DNA of 64,000 bases from Octopus bimaculoides (lineage: Eukaryota), in the NCBI RefSeq assembly GCF_001194135.2, contig NC_068985.1, positions 5,130,977 to 5,194,976 on the forward strand, read 5' to 3'. The translations under genes were made by a program, and so were the position numbers. Every line of letters begins with the position of its first letter. The stretch's first letter is position 1. The notes beneath the pieces are model-generated. The model was not told the origin of the DNA and did not search any database. It was given only the letters and a program-made list of their open reading frames with translations. This document shows, in pieces, positions 51,241 to 63,852 of the stretch.

Positions 51241-51699
51241 TATAGACATAAGTGGTCTCGAGACTAAGGCCTCTACCATGATTTTTAAGAAATGTGATCG
51301 AAAACTAGCTCAGAAAGGCAGGGACGCTACTCTCTAAGACCCTTTTCGAAGCCCCACTAACTATGGGATTATTTGCTACTATACAAAACAAATATTGCAA
51401 AACATCACCTTGCAAGTCCTTTAAATCGTGTTCTTCTCAATATATTTGCTATATTCGCAATCAACTTATAAGCAACACTGATCCAAGGTGTACACATTTA
51501 TTTGGAGTCCTCATAATAATAATAATTTGCACACTGCCATCAAACAGATGTTATAAAGGTCTTGCAAATCGTAGAATCATTCCAAAATAGCCTCTAACCA
51601 ATTAAATAATTAATGACGAAGATTTCCACTTTCTAAACAAAGTTGTATTTGCTGTGACAGTTATGATTGGATCAAACGATGCCCGGGCTGCACTTTAAA

Positions 51700-51943
51700 G
51701 AATTTTTAGTCGAATCAATCGACACCAATAACTTTTTCTTTTTAAAGCCTGGTAATTATTCCATCGGTCACTTTTACCGAACCGCTAGGATACGGGGACA
51801 TAAAGACATCAATACTGGTTGTCAAGTGGTGGTGGGGGACAAACACACACAAATACGCAAAATACGCGCCCACACAAACACACACACACATACATATATG
51901 CTTATATATGTATATATACATATATATATGTATACATGTATAC

Positions 51944-51978
<35 letters not shown>

Positions 51979-52130
51979 GATATATATATATACACGACGG
52001 ACTTCCACGCTGTTTCCATCTTCCAGATGGCTCGAGGCTATACTAGCTTCCACTATAGTAAATGATAATTGTCCAAGGTAGTGGAATTGAACCCGGGACC
52101 ACCATGTTGCGAAGCACGCTTCTTACCACA
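51700..52130 (-). mobile_element. SINE S3, diverged full-length copy with internal microsatellite
   Basis: Tail (accgaaccgctag..ggggac..ggttgtcaag) and head (ttgaacccggg..catg..gaagc..gcttcttaccacac) in reverse complement. Confidence 0.75.
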
Positions 52131-52647
52131 CTCACTTACCGGTACCTAGTTTATTATTTCATGTTTCTTACACTATTTTACTCTTCCAATTGACCTGTAT
52201 GATTCTCTTTCTAAAAACCCTTCCGCTCTTTCCGATATTTCTCTCTCAATCTTCCTCAGATTCTAACATTTTATTATATACACGACATTTTTTTTTCCAA
52301 AACTTCTCCATTACCATTCTCAAAATCCGAAAAATGAAACAGAAAATCGATATTCTGAAATTTTTCAGCTGCACTAATTATCTCTGTTACTCTGTCACTC
52401 CTAGTTTTTACTTCAGAATAATAACATTACACACACATAGACATTTATCTATCTGTATATCTGTTTGTCTATCTATCTACTATCTATGTAAAGATAGATA
52501 GATAGAGAGAAATAGAGGGATAGGAATACATAAATATATGGATAAACAGAGAGGGAGTGAATGACACATTTTTTTAAAGCGATCAAGAATCCTTAGATTT
52601 TAATTACTATCCAGATACCCTTGTGACACACTAGACACCGCGGGACA

Positions 52648-52820
52648 CTGTGGAACCGGGAATCGGTGTTCATTACAGCCTCGACTGCAGCTGATCGTCG
52701 GTTGGGGTCAAAATTCGTAAGCGACGTGGTGAACACGCTGGTTTGTGAAAACAAAGAAGTATCAAGTTTTGATGATATTTTCTTTCCTTTCTGTTCAATT
52801 CTTTCTACAATTTTGCATAT
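52648..52820 (+). mobile_element. Short duplicate of the 3' end of the 53140 LINE
   Basis: gtggaaccgg(g)aatcggtgttcattacagcctcgactgcagctgatcgtcgg is shared with 53569 onward. Confidence 0.85.
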
Positions 52821-53139
52821 TCCAGTTTAAAACCTATCCACACAGGTAGTACCAAAGCTACACTCGTAGGCGAGAACATCTTTCATTATTTGTTACATTG
52901 TTTTCATTTCCTCTTTGACACTTGCTTTTATCTCTACGTTAAGAAATATGTTAACTTCGAAACAAAATCGAAATTCATTTTAAGTTTATTTTTTTTATAC
53001 CGCAGGAAATTATGAAAACGTTCGTCACATTTCTGAGAATTCACTGATAGATTTCTACTGCACCCCTGAAGATAAGTTACTACTGTGTTATGAAATGACG
53101 AGATTGACTTACGCGTCAACAGCTCTCATCTCGCGTTCT

Positions 53140-53745
53140 GTCACCTTCCAGAGGCATCTTTGGTGGGGACTGTAGATCAGAATTCGGACGAAAGTGCGTA
53201 TTATTTAAGTTCTCATCCAATCCATGCTTCTGTATGGGCACGAATTCTGGCCATTGAGAGCTGAAGACCGAAAGATTGAATTCTTCGACAACTACTGCCT
53301 ACATTCGATTCTGTAGGTTCGCCTATTGGACTTCATTTCGAACACCGAGATACGATATCGTTCCTGTGTCAACTCTTTTCAACAAGCTCTAATCACAAAA
53401 CGTTTAAGGTGGTTTGGCCATACTCTCCGTTAGCTTCAGCGATAATCCATTCGCAAGGCAATCACCCCTCCTTCCTTCCCAGGCTGGCACAAACGAGCTG
53501 GAAGACAACTGAAGACGTGGCTAGCGACGTGGAAGCATTAGTCAGGCTCACACTCTACAAATTCCGACCGTGGAACCGGGAATCGGTGTTCATTACAGCC
53601 TCGACTGCAGCTGATCGTCGGATGGAGTCAGTCAGCATTCGTAAGCAACGTGGTGACTCGTTGGTTGGTGAATACTACCGCAAGAAAGTATCAAGGTTTG
53701 AGGATTTTTCTTTCCTTTCCGTTCAATTCTTTCTACATTTTTGTA
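53140..53745 (+). mobile_element. RTE-type LINE 3' fragment, decayed
   Basis: TKVRII*VLIQSMLLYGHEFWPLRAEDRKIEFFDNYCLHSIL..ISNTEIRYR..KRLRWFGHTLR..GWHKRAGRQLKTW. Confidence 0.85.
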
Positions 53746-54197
53746 TTGCTTATCATTGCTATTTCTATTTTGTTAAACACTTCTCCTATTACAATTGTAT
53801 CGTTACTAGTTGAACATTAGCCATAAGAATCTTTTATCTCTACTTCGGTCAAATACTTCTCCATCTCCATTCTAAATATATTTATTGGCTTCATTCACAA
53901 TATTTAATTTTCCCCACATATTGGGCGCATTAATTTTCCTGGTGTACTTGTATGTGTATATATATAGGAGGAATTTCAACCATGTTTCGTGGTCTGCTAC
54001 CACAACAGCTCCTTTATAGGATCCAGTTAGCTCAAGACATCATCAGGAGGAACCACGTCCGGTTTCGGCCCCTACTCCTCTACCGTTTTGACGTGGAATG
54101 TATATGTATATAATCATTATATAATCATTATTAGAAAAGCATAAATCCAGAGAAGAAGCCAAATTTAAGAAAGAGCAGTCTATATTTTTATCTGGTG

Positions 54198-54333
54198 AAG
54201 GCCGGTTTATGGGTTTACCCTTGGTTTCCCGTCCATGAAGGGTTTAATTTTATGGCGTGTCATCAGACCTCAATGCCATAAAGTTGAACCCTTCTTGGAC
54301 GGGAAACCAAGGGTAACCCCATATACCGGCCTT
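54198..54333. repeat. Palindrome with 59 bp arms and 18 nt loop; the loop carries a hammerhead core on the minus strand
   Basis: Arms 54198-54256 and 54275-54333 with about 5 mismatches; loop gtgtcatcagacctcaat contains the reverse complement of CTGATGA; related single-arm copy at 59780-59855. Confidence 0.85.
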
Positions 54334-54334
54334 G

Positions 54335-54654
54335 ATGAAGGTGAGTGGCTTAGTGGTTAGGGCATTCGGCTCACGATCGTAAGGTGGTGAGTTCAAATCC
54401 AGGCGACGCGTTGTGTCCTTGAGCAAAACTCTTTATTTCATGTTGCACCAGTCCACTCAGCCGGCAAAAATTAGTAGTACCTGTATTTAAAAGGGTCAGC
54501 CTTGTCACATCACGTCACGCCGAATTTCCCTGAGGACTACGTTAAGGGTACACGTGTCTGTGGAGTGCTCAGCCACTTGCTCGTTAATTTCACAAGCAAG
54601 ATGTTCCCTTGATCGAATCAGCTGGGATCCTCGTCGTCGTAACCGACGGAGTGC
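54335..54654 (+). mobile_element. SINE with S5 head and S2 body, full length
   Basis: A box TGGCTTAGTGG, B box GAGTTCAAATCC, then the shared body from gtacctgtattt.aaaggg.cagccttgtcac. Confidence 0.9.
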
Positions 54655-54658
54655 TCCA

Positions 54659-54689
<31 letters not shown>

Positions 54690-55653
54690 NNNNNNNNNNN
54701 NNNNNNNNNNNNNNNNNNNNNNNNNNNNNNNNNNNNNNNNNNNNNNNNNNNNNNNNNNNNNNNNNNNNNNNNNNNNNNNNNNNNNNNNNNNNNNNNNNNN
54801 NNNNNNNNNNNNNNNNNNNNNNNNNNNNNNNNNNNNNNNNNNNNNNNNNNNNNNNNNNNNNNNNNNNNNNNNNNNNNNNNNNNNNNNNNNNNNNNNNNNN
54901 NNNNNNNNNNNNNNNNNNNNNNNNNNNNNNNNNNNNNNNNNNNNNNNNNNNNNNNNNNNNNNNNNNNNNNNNNNNNNNNNNNNNNNNNNNNNNNNNNNNN
55001 NNNNNNNNNNNNNNNNNNNNNNNNNNNNNNNNNNNNNNNNNNNNNNNNNNNNNNNNNNNNNNNNNNNNNNNNNNNNNNNNNNNNNNNNNNNNNNNNNNNN
55101 NNNNNNNNNNNNNNNNNNNNNNNNNNNNNNNNNNNNNNNNNNNNNNNNNNNNNNNNNNNNNNNNNNNNNNNNNNNNNNNNNNNNNNNNNNNNNNNNNNNN
55201 NNNNNNNNNNNNNNNNNNNNNNNNNNNNNNNNNNNNNNNNNNNNNNNNNNNNNNNNNNNNNNNNNNNNNNNNNNNNNNNNNNNNNNNNNNNNNNNNNNNN
55301 NNNNNNNNNNNNNNNNNNNNNNNNNNNNNNNNNNNNNNNNNNNNNNNNNNNNNNNNNNNNNNNNNNNNNNNNNNNNNNNNNNNNNNNNNNNNNNNNNNNN
55401 NNNNNNNNNNNNNNNNNNNNNNNNNNNNNNNNNNNNNNNNNNNNNNNNNNNNNNNNNNNNNNNNNNNNNNNNNNNNNNNNNNNNNNNNNNNNNNNNNNNN
55501 NNNNNNNNNNNNNNNNNNNNNNNNNNNNNNNNNNNNNNNNNNNNNNNNNNNNNNNNNNNNATAACAAAGCCAAGGCTGTGAGGAGTTTTCAGGACATTTA
55601 TAAAGAAAAATATGTATGTATAGATATATATATGTATACACACACACACACAC

Positions 55654-55727
<74 letters not shown>

Positions 55728-56360
55728 GCATATATATGTATATATACATATTACACACACACACGCATACATATGTTATATCTACTTACATATTAAGTAT
55801 TGATATACATATTCACACGAAGAATAGCGTAGGGAAAAGCGAAATATAAAATATAAAAAAAAACTAAACCTACATTGTTCAATGCTTGCCTCCTAATCTT
55901 GTTATTACATGCAACTAACACTAACATCTTGGAGCTTCCACATTGATGAAGTTTGTTCTTGTTTGTTATATTTCTTTCTGTTATTGTAATATTCTCATTA
56001 TCTGTGCAGTGAGGTGAAAGATGTTGATGGGTAAATTGGTTGGCAGGTTTATTCAAAATAACTTTTGAACTTAACAATAGGACAAACGAAGTGATTAAGC
56101 AGAGTCTCCTGCGAAATCCTGAAGAATTGTTTACAGAATAAAGAAATAAAGAAAAATCTTTTGTTGAAATATTCTTTGAATGGAGCGAAAATACAGAAAA
56201 ATGTTATCTACGAAATAAATGGCACAAGAAAGGAAAAAACCCAATAATTTGTAGCATATAGTCACATACACATCAAAAACGAATGCAGTGGAGCACATAC
56301 ATGCATATACATACATATATAAATACATACATACACACACACACATATATATATATATAT

Positions 56361-56414
<54 letters not shown>

Positions 56415-57125
56415 GTGTATGTAATTATATGTATATATAAATGTATATATACATATACATGAGTATATATGTTTATATATATATATATATATATATATAT
56501 NNNNNNNNNNNNNNNNNNNNNNNNNNNNNNNNNNNNNNNNNNNNNNNNNNNNNNNNNNNNNNNNNNNNNNNNNNNNNNNNNNNNNNNNNNNNNNNNNNNN
56601 NNNNNNNNNNNNNNNNNNNNNNNNNNNNNNNNNNNNNNNNNNNNNNNNNNNNNNNNNNNNNNNNNNNNNNNNNNNNNNNNNNNNNNNNCCCCCCCCCCCA
56701 CACGTTCACAATCAAAGACAAAGATAAAGACACACACATGCACACACTGCTGTGCCCTTACTGATACAATTACCTACGCATGCGCAGAATTACTTCCATA
56801 CATTTATGTTAATGACTACATTCTTGTGCAAAATGAAGATAAGTCTAAATTAATATTCTTTAAACACTCACAAACTGAGACACAGGTTTATGAAATCGTT
56901 CAAATGCTTGTGCATTTAAGATGGGCATGTTGCATTGTTCTCCTCCTGCTTCTAGGCCTGCAATTGTTGTATTCTTCTATCCAGCTTTCATTATACTATG
57001 ACGTAATAATTATTCAGAAAGGCCTCGTAACTTGCAAAAGCGAACGACCGATTATGATGACACATGTAACTCACCAACAGCGGTGAATCAATTGCGTCAA
57101 TAGTTTCAGTGCTGTATGTAAGAAC

Positions 57126-57240
57126 TGTGAAGGAACGTGGCTTAGTGGGTTGGGCATTTGGCTCATGATCGTAAGATCGTGAGTTCAATTCCCGGCGACG
57201 CCTTGTGTCCTTGAGCAAGACACTTTATTTTCACGTTTCT
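57126..57240 (+). mobile_element. S5 SINE head only
   Basis: gtgaaggaacgtggcttagtgg..gagttcaattcccggcgacg..gtgtccttgagcaagacactttatt. Confidence 0.85.
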
Positions 57241-59394
57241 TCAGAAAAAATCCTTTACAAATTTGAATCAGTCCTGACTAAAAGCAAAATTGGAGAAAAT
57301 ACCGGAACGCGATGGTGAATTTAATCTATTTGTAATGAAAGGAGAATCAAGCATCGGCGATTTTTGCTAACAAACGTATTGGAACAATTGTTAACTACGT
57401 CAGTTTTCCCTCTCGACCCTATTGACTTCTTGTTAACAACTTAGGAAAGAAGTGACTGCGATTCGGATTATGGTGATGCTAGAGTTTTGGAATGGTCGAT
57501 GATCCGGGGAGGGTTGAAAGGCAGATAAGCCTGTCACTTCTTAGAAATGATATCAAGAAATGAAAAAAATATAATCACTGCACTTGTTAAAAGCCATTCT
57601 GTGTTTCAGTTTGTACTGAAAGAAATTCAGCGTGCTGTCTGTATGTTTTGTGGGTTAAAATATAGCCATGATTATCCGCAGAATCACCAATATTTTTTTT
57701 ATCGAATCTGATGTAATTATTGTACAAATGGGCAGATTTGATTGTTCCTTACTATAACACGCTCCGAGAATGTATTCTCAGGTATCTCAACGTAGTTATT
57801 AAGAAGAAAATTAGCCATTTTTTTTTACCAAAAGCTTTCTTTCTTTTTGCTTCACTCTATAGCAGCTTAGAATAAGTTCCACGACTATGACATCATACGC
57901 TGAATCGTTCATTGATTTTGGTAAAACTCAAGTCAATGACAATTTATTTTTGAAACCAGATTCAATGTGTATTTGTGATCGTATTAGCTATATTGGGATC
58001 GTTCAAAAATATACACGTATTTAGTGTTTCTCTCCAAACTTTTTTCAGATATAAAAATGGATGTTCTGTATGTTGTTAGCTCTGACAGAGCACCAATAAT
58101 CCAAAGCGTTAAAACCGACGGCGTTCTCTCTGCTTCTATATTTAGTGTGCTTATCACTCTGTTACCTAAGGAACATTTCCTTGTTTAATATAGCTGTTTG
58201 GGGTTTCAGAAAGATATGGCCGCCGTTTCTAGAGCTCGAACGACAAACATTCTAACTCTAATCATTCCACCATTTATGCATTCACTAACCAATATCTCCG
58301 TCCTTTCTTTGAGATAGCGTGGTGTTACTTGAAGGCGATTTGGCTGTTATTTCTGGTAAATAAATGATTTGTGTGAAGAGGTTTACATGTTAAGTGTTTC
58401 ATTTGTTTTTGAATGTAAAACGTATTTGTGTTTCTAATAGATTTCTGGCAATGTGCATACGTATGTGTGTATGTGCGTATGTACGTATGTATGTATCTAT
58501 GTATCTATGTATGTATGTATGTGTGTATGTGTGTGTGTGATGTACTGAGAACTGACGATTTTTGTTGTAATGGTAGTTGTGATAGGGGTAAGGAGGTGAC
58601 GGCGAACGAAGAGCAAACAGTAACCAAGGTAAGTGTTAATGGAGATAAGAGAAGTGATAACCGAGATAAGAGAAGTGTCGATAAAACGATACCCGGATGC
58701 AGAATAATACGTACCCGTACACATAGACATACACACACAGGCACACAGTCACACATACAAACACACACGAACACACACATACACCCACACAAATACAGTC
58801 GCATAGACTCAGAGATGAACTGAAATCTCCAGTTATTTATCATAGTGATGTTGTTACAAGAGATGTTAGAGGACGTATCGGTTGTGGTAACGCTAAGGAA
58901 ATGACGATAAAGTATTTATATATATTTTTTATTAGTCTGAAATTTATATTTTATGAAATCTCGGATGATTTAACGCATAGGTTTTAGTGAAAACAATTGT
59001 CGTCTGGAGCCATTACGAACGAAAATTTCAATTTTCAAACACTGATTTCTATTTCTTTCATATATATATATATATATATATGATATTGTCCTGCAACGGT
59101 CTATGTAGGTAATGCTATAACTATGGAAAGAAATCGGACACAAAATCTATTTTACACACAACATTTATATTATTGGAAAGACTGATAAAACTATGGAACG
59201 AAATAGAAAACATAATCTCTTATAGATACAACATTTATATTACATTAAACACGGTTTGGAAAGAAATTAAGTTTCATGAGTTTCTATGAAATGTTAGCAA
59301 TTTTGTCGTTTTCTAAATAAACGAGAAAAGTTATTCCATTCGCGTGTGTGTGAGTGTGTGTGTGTGTATCACAGTATCGACCGGACTACTGGCT

Positions 59395-59625
59395 ATTGTT
59401 ATACATCGCTGGTTATAATGCGCATCTCATTGTTTTAGCTTTCGAATGACGCCATGCTGCTGGTTAGGCGAGCAGGACAACATTTCCCCGGATATAATGG
59501 CTTAACCATTTGAAGGGTTAACCATCTACAGGGCTGACCATTTACAGTTACGTGGAAAGGAATAACGCGAAGTGAAGTGTTTTGCTCAAGGAGACAATAC
59601 CCGAAGCAATGGGCCACGCGCCTTC
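59395..59625 (-). mobile_element. S6-type SINE, internally deleted
   Basis: Shared body with 24955-25207; minus head tgaaggcgcgtggcccattg. Confidence 0.65.
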
Positions 59626-59934
59626 AAGTACACACAAACACATATGTATGTATGTATATATATACACACGAGTATAGATGTGTGTGTATGCATGTATGTA
59701 TATATATATATCGTTTTTTTAGAAAAACATAAGTCCGGAGAAGAAGCACAATCTAAGACGTAGAACAGTCTATATGTATTACTGGTGAAGGCTGGTTTAC
59801 AGCGTTAACCTGGGTTTCTTGCCATACCTCTATGGCGTATCTTCAGACCCTAAGATCACTTGGCCTGAAGCCATAGGCCAACAGGTCTTCCATTCATACA
59901 TATGTATACATATAAACTATATGTTATCTTCGTT

Positions 59935-60800
59935 GAGATTCTCTCTGACCTAAGCTACAATATTTTACCCAGGTGACGGCCATCTCAGCTAATTATTCCA
60001 GTACAGTCCTTTACGACATCTCCACTGGTCTACCTATATTTCTCCTTCCTTCAACTGTCCACTCGTTGGAACGCATGGCCCAGTATAAGTGCTTTCGCCT
60101 GGCATTGATGGTGTCTTGCAGTTTAGTTAAGCGGGCTCTTCTCATGATTTCATCCTTTGTGATGTGGTCACGCTAGCTGATCTTAAAGCTATTTTTAATT
60201 CATCAGCAATGAAAAAAAAATCTCTGTATTCCAGACTCTGTCTGTCTCCGTCCATGTTCCGCTTGCACGGAATGCTGTTGGAATGCCAATAAATGAATGG
60301 TGAATGGAAGCGCATGACCGTATTGGTCTCAATCATTAGAAAACTGCAATCGCTTTTCCATGTCTAGTCTTGACATCAATTTATGCTTTTCTATTTATCT
60401 CACTGTTACAGACTCCGTATCTAAAGAAATTGACAAGTCCAATATGCGTCCTTCATGGTTGATGAGTTTTGGTTAATTTTTGCCTATGTAGAAGGGTTTT
60501 GGTTTTGGCAAATGACACAGAGACCAAGTCGGGAGATAACTTTACAAAGGCTTGCACGATTTTAGGGATATCACTGAACAGATCAATATTGCTTACAAAG
60601 TCAAGATCTGTCAGTTGACTGTATTTCTAGCTGGTCCCTCAAATCGGTTTATTCATAGACTGTCATAATTAAGACGCCCCCTAACGGTGACAGAATATAT
60701 CCATGACGCACTTCTGTGAAAAAAGTCGAACATGGTAGTTTTTACGGTTTGGTTCTGACTCGGCAACTGGACTTCTGGAAGGGAGAATCTCATCGTAGAA
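59935..60800 (-). mobile_element. Old RTE-type LINE fragment (RT core to C-terminus)
   Basis: Minus frames give QKSSCRVRT, TEVRHGYILSPL (GVRQG-like), QLTDLDFVSNIDL (FADD-like), DVKTRHGKAIAVF, DHITKDEIMRRARL, EGRRNIGRP. Confidence 0.8.
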
Positions 60801-61036
60801 CAAATACTCACCCAACGTAAAAGGAGTGAATAAAATCGGGGACCTTAGAATTCGTTCATCGTCAACTTTATCAATTTTAAAAAAAATGTCTCCGATTATT
60901 TCAGTCACGAGTCCCCGTGGAGAATTGTCGAGCTTTATGAAGTTCCATCGAAGTTTATCAATACCATGCGCTCGCTCTACCGGAAGTCTTCTTGCTGTAT
61001 CAGAATCAACACGGAAATACTGCCTTATTCGACATT
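60795..61036 (+). mobile_element. Inverted upstream segment of an RTE-type RT
   Basis: VEQILT.., NSFIVNFINFKKNVSDYFSHESPWRIVELYEVPSKFINTMRSLYRKSSCCIRIN.., LFDI match the RT FIDFKKAFDS..LW.IL..YG.P.K motifs. Confidence 0.8.
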
Positions 61037-61115
61037 GGACATACATACATACATGATTGTATATGTGTGTATACACACACATACACACATACGGATACAC
61101 ACCCATATATACCTA

Positions 61116-61158
<43 letters not shown>

Positions 61159-61382
61159 NNNNNNNNNNNNNNNNNNNNNNNNNNNNNNNNNNNNNNNNNN
61201 NNNNNNNNNNNNNNNNNNNNNNNNNNNNNNNNNNNNNNNNNNNNNNNNNNNNNNNNNNNNNNNNNNNNNNNNNNNNNNNNNNNNNNNNNNNNNNNNNNNN
61301 NNNNNNNNNNNNNNNNNNNNNNNNNNNNNNNNNNNNNNNNNNNNNNNNNNNNNNNNNNNNNNNNNNNNNNNNNNNNATATAT

Positions 61383-62474
61383 ATATTGGAACTGTCTGAA
61401 TTTCAAAGAGGCTGTATTGTGGGTCATTCTGAAGGTGAATATAGTCAGCGTAAGATCGCAAGAAACATTGGGATCCCGCTTTCTACAGTTAATAGAGTGA
61501 TAGCGCAATTCACCAGAGAGGGGAAGGAGTTCACATTAGCTTGTCCAGATCAATCAGGACCCTTCTCTTTGCTAAGTGAAGTGTGGAGGATGATCCTCGT
61601 TGCAAGACCTCTGATATAGCAGAGCAAGTTTATGTCAATCCCAGAACAGCTGTCAGGTATCTCCACAAACTTGGTTACTATGGCAGAGCAGGAAGAAGGA
61701 AGCCACATTTTTGACCAGCCAATATGAAGCGGAGACAAGATCGGACCAGTGAGATGGTGGAGAGGCCATTAGCATTTTGGGACATTGTCATATTCTCTGA
61801 TGAGTCCAGATTTACTGTATTTCCTAACAGTGGTCGAGTGTGGGTCTGGAGAATCTGTGATCGAGAATTTGATGTGAAAAGATTGCGACCAGCAATGAAA
61901 CACAGCAGCTATTCTGTGATGGTCTGAGGGACAATTTGGAGCAATGGTTGATCAGAGCTGGTGGAGTGTAAGGGAAAGATAAACTCAAAAATGTGTCCAT
62001 ATTGCAGAAAGGACTCCTTTCAAACTTCTCCAGTGGTGAAATGATTAAAGAAGACTCTCTATTTATGGAAGACGGGATTCCTTGTCACACGGTTAAAATG
62101 ACCCAAGATTTGTTGGAAAAGAATGACATTAGAAAGCTTCCATAGCCAAGCCAGTTACCGGATACGAACCCTACAGAACACCTCTGGGGCATAATGGACA
62201 GGACATTTCATAAGCAGAACAAGAAAGCATCTTCAAAGCCAGATCTTTTGAGATTATTGCATGAAACTTAGCAAGAAATTCCGTAAGAGAATATACACCA
62301 TCTGATCAGTAACATGCCTAATAGGGCCCTTGCATTGAAAAATGCAAAGAGTATGTCTACCAAATAATAAATGTTCACATTATAACATCTGACAAATAAT
62401 TTGAATGCATAATTTCAAATTTAAATAAATTTTAATGATTATAAGGGTGTCTATTTACTTCTTTCATGTCTGTA
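61383..62474 (+). mobile_element. Tc1-like transposon relic (DD34E), 5' end in N gap
   Basis: [32 protein letters not shown]; FSDESRF; MEDGIPCH then 34 residues to PDTNPTEHLW; stops and frameshifts; ends catgtctg followed by TA. Confidence 0.93.
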
Positions 62475-63017
62475 TATATATACACTAAATTCTGTATATA
62501 TATGCACTAAATTATATTACAAGATGAAACCTTAACAATGTATATNNNNNNNNNNNNNNNNNNNNNNNNNNNNNNNNNNNNNNNNNNNNNNNNNNNNNNN
62601 NNNNNNNNNNNNNNNNNNNNNNNNNNNNNNNNNNNNNNNNNNNNNNNNNNNNNNNNNNNNNNNNNNNNNNNNNNNNNNNNNNNNNNNNNNNNNNNNNNNN
62701 NNNNNNNNNNNNNNNNNNNNNNNNNNNNNNNNNNNNNNNNNNNNNNNNNNNNNNNNNNNNNNNNNNNNNNNNNNNNNNNNNNNNNNNNNNNNNNNNNNNN
62801 NNNNNNNNNNNNNNNNNNNNNNNNNNNNNNNNNNNNNNNNNNNNNNNNNNNNNNNNNNNNNNNNNNNNNNNNNNNNNNNNNNNNNNNNNNNNNNNNNNNN
62901 NNNNNNNNNNNNNNNNNNNNNNNNNNNNNNNNNNNNNNNNNNNNNNNNNNNNNNNNNNNNNNNNNNNNNNNNNNNNNNNNNNNNNNNNNNNNNNNNNNNN
63001 NNNNNNNNNNNNNNNNN

Positions 63018-63073
<56 letters not shown>

Positions 63074-63619
63074 AGAAGCATAGAACATAAAAAGAAGAAA
63101 AAAAGACAAATGGAGATAATCATCGCAAGCGCCAAGTCAACAATAACTATGGAACAAAAAAACATTAGACGAAGCTATAAAAGGATTTCTATTATCGAGA
63201 AATATAGATAAGCAAACTCACTACCATGATGGCGACGTTGTGCGGTGTGTGTGTGTGTTTTTTTTTATTTAAAAATTTTTCAATGAACGTGATGCACTAA
63301 ATTATATTACAAGATGAAACCTTAACAGTTAAGAACTGGGGGAAAAATATATATATATTATTTCGATATTATGTTATGACGGGTTATCATCATCATCATC
63401 ATCATCACCATCATCATCACCATCATCATCACCTGTATCACGCATAAGTATATTGCTTATAACACTATTTATTTCTCTTTTTCTTTTCATTATCTATACT
63501 TTTTTGTAATTTGTCTCGCTAAATAACGCCTCTGTAGTTGTTCACGTTGTAACAATAACAAAAACAACAACAACAACAACACCACCACCAACAAAAACAA
63601 CAACAATAACAACAACAAC

Positions 63620-63759
63620 CATGGTTTTAAATTTATCGACTCCCGAAACGATGACAGGCAAAGTCAACCTCAGCAGAATATGAACTCAGAATATGAAGAC
63701 GGACGAAATGCCGCCAAGCGTTTTGTCCGGTGTGCTAACGATTCTGTTATTTCACTGCC

Positions 63760-63760
<1 letters not shown>
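63620..63760 (-). mobile_element. SINE S1 5' part
   Basis: tttatcgactcccgaaacgatgacaggcaaagtcaacctcagcagaat.tgaactcagaa..gctaacgattctg. Confidence 0.85.
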
Positions 63761-63826
<66 letters not shown>

Positions 63827-63852
63827 TAATAATAACAATAATAATAATAATA
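63760..63852. repeat. (AAT)n microsatellite
   Basis: Direct reading. Confidence 0.95.

Noticed and set aside
58540-58680. 131 aa ORF region with CAAG|gtaagt and a 15 bp tandem repeat (gagataagagaagtg)
   Set aside because: The ORF is mostly microsatellite and there is no credible acceptor.
60681-61106. 141 aa minus ORF with a convincing acceptor (gatacag) and donor (GG|gtgagt), which first looked like an exon
   Set aside because: The opposite strand encodes clear RT motifs, so the frame is the antisense shadow of a LINE relic.
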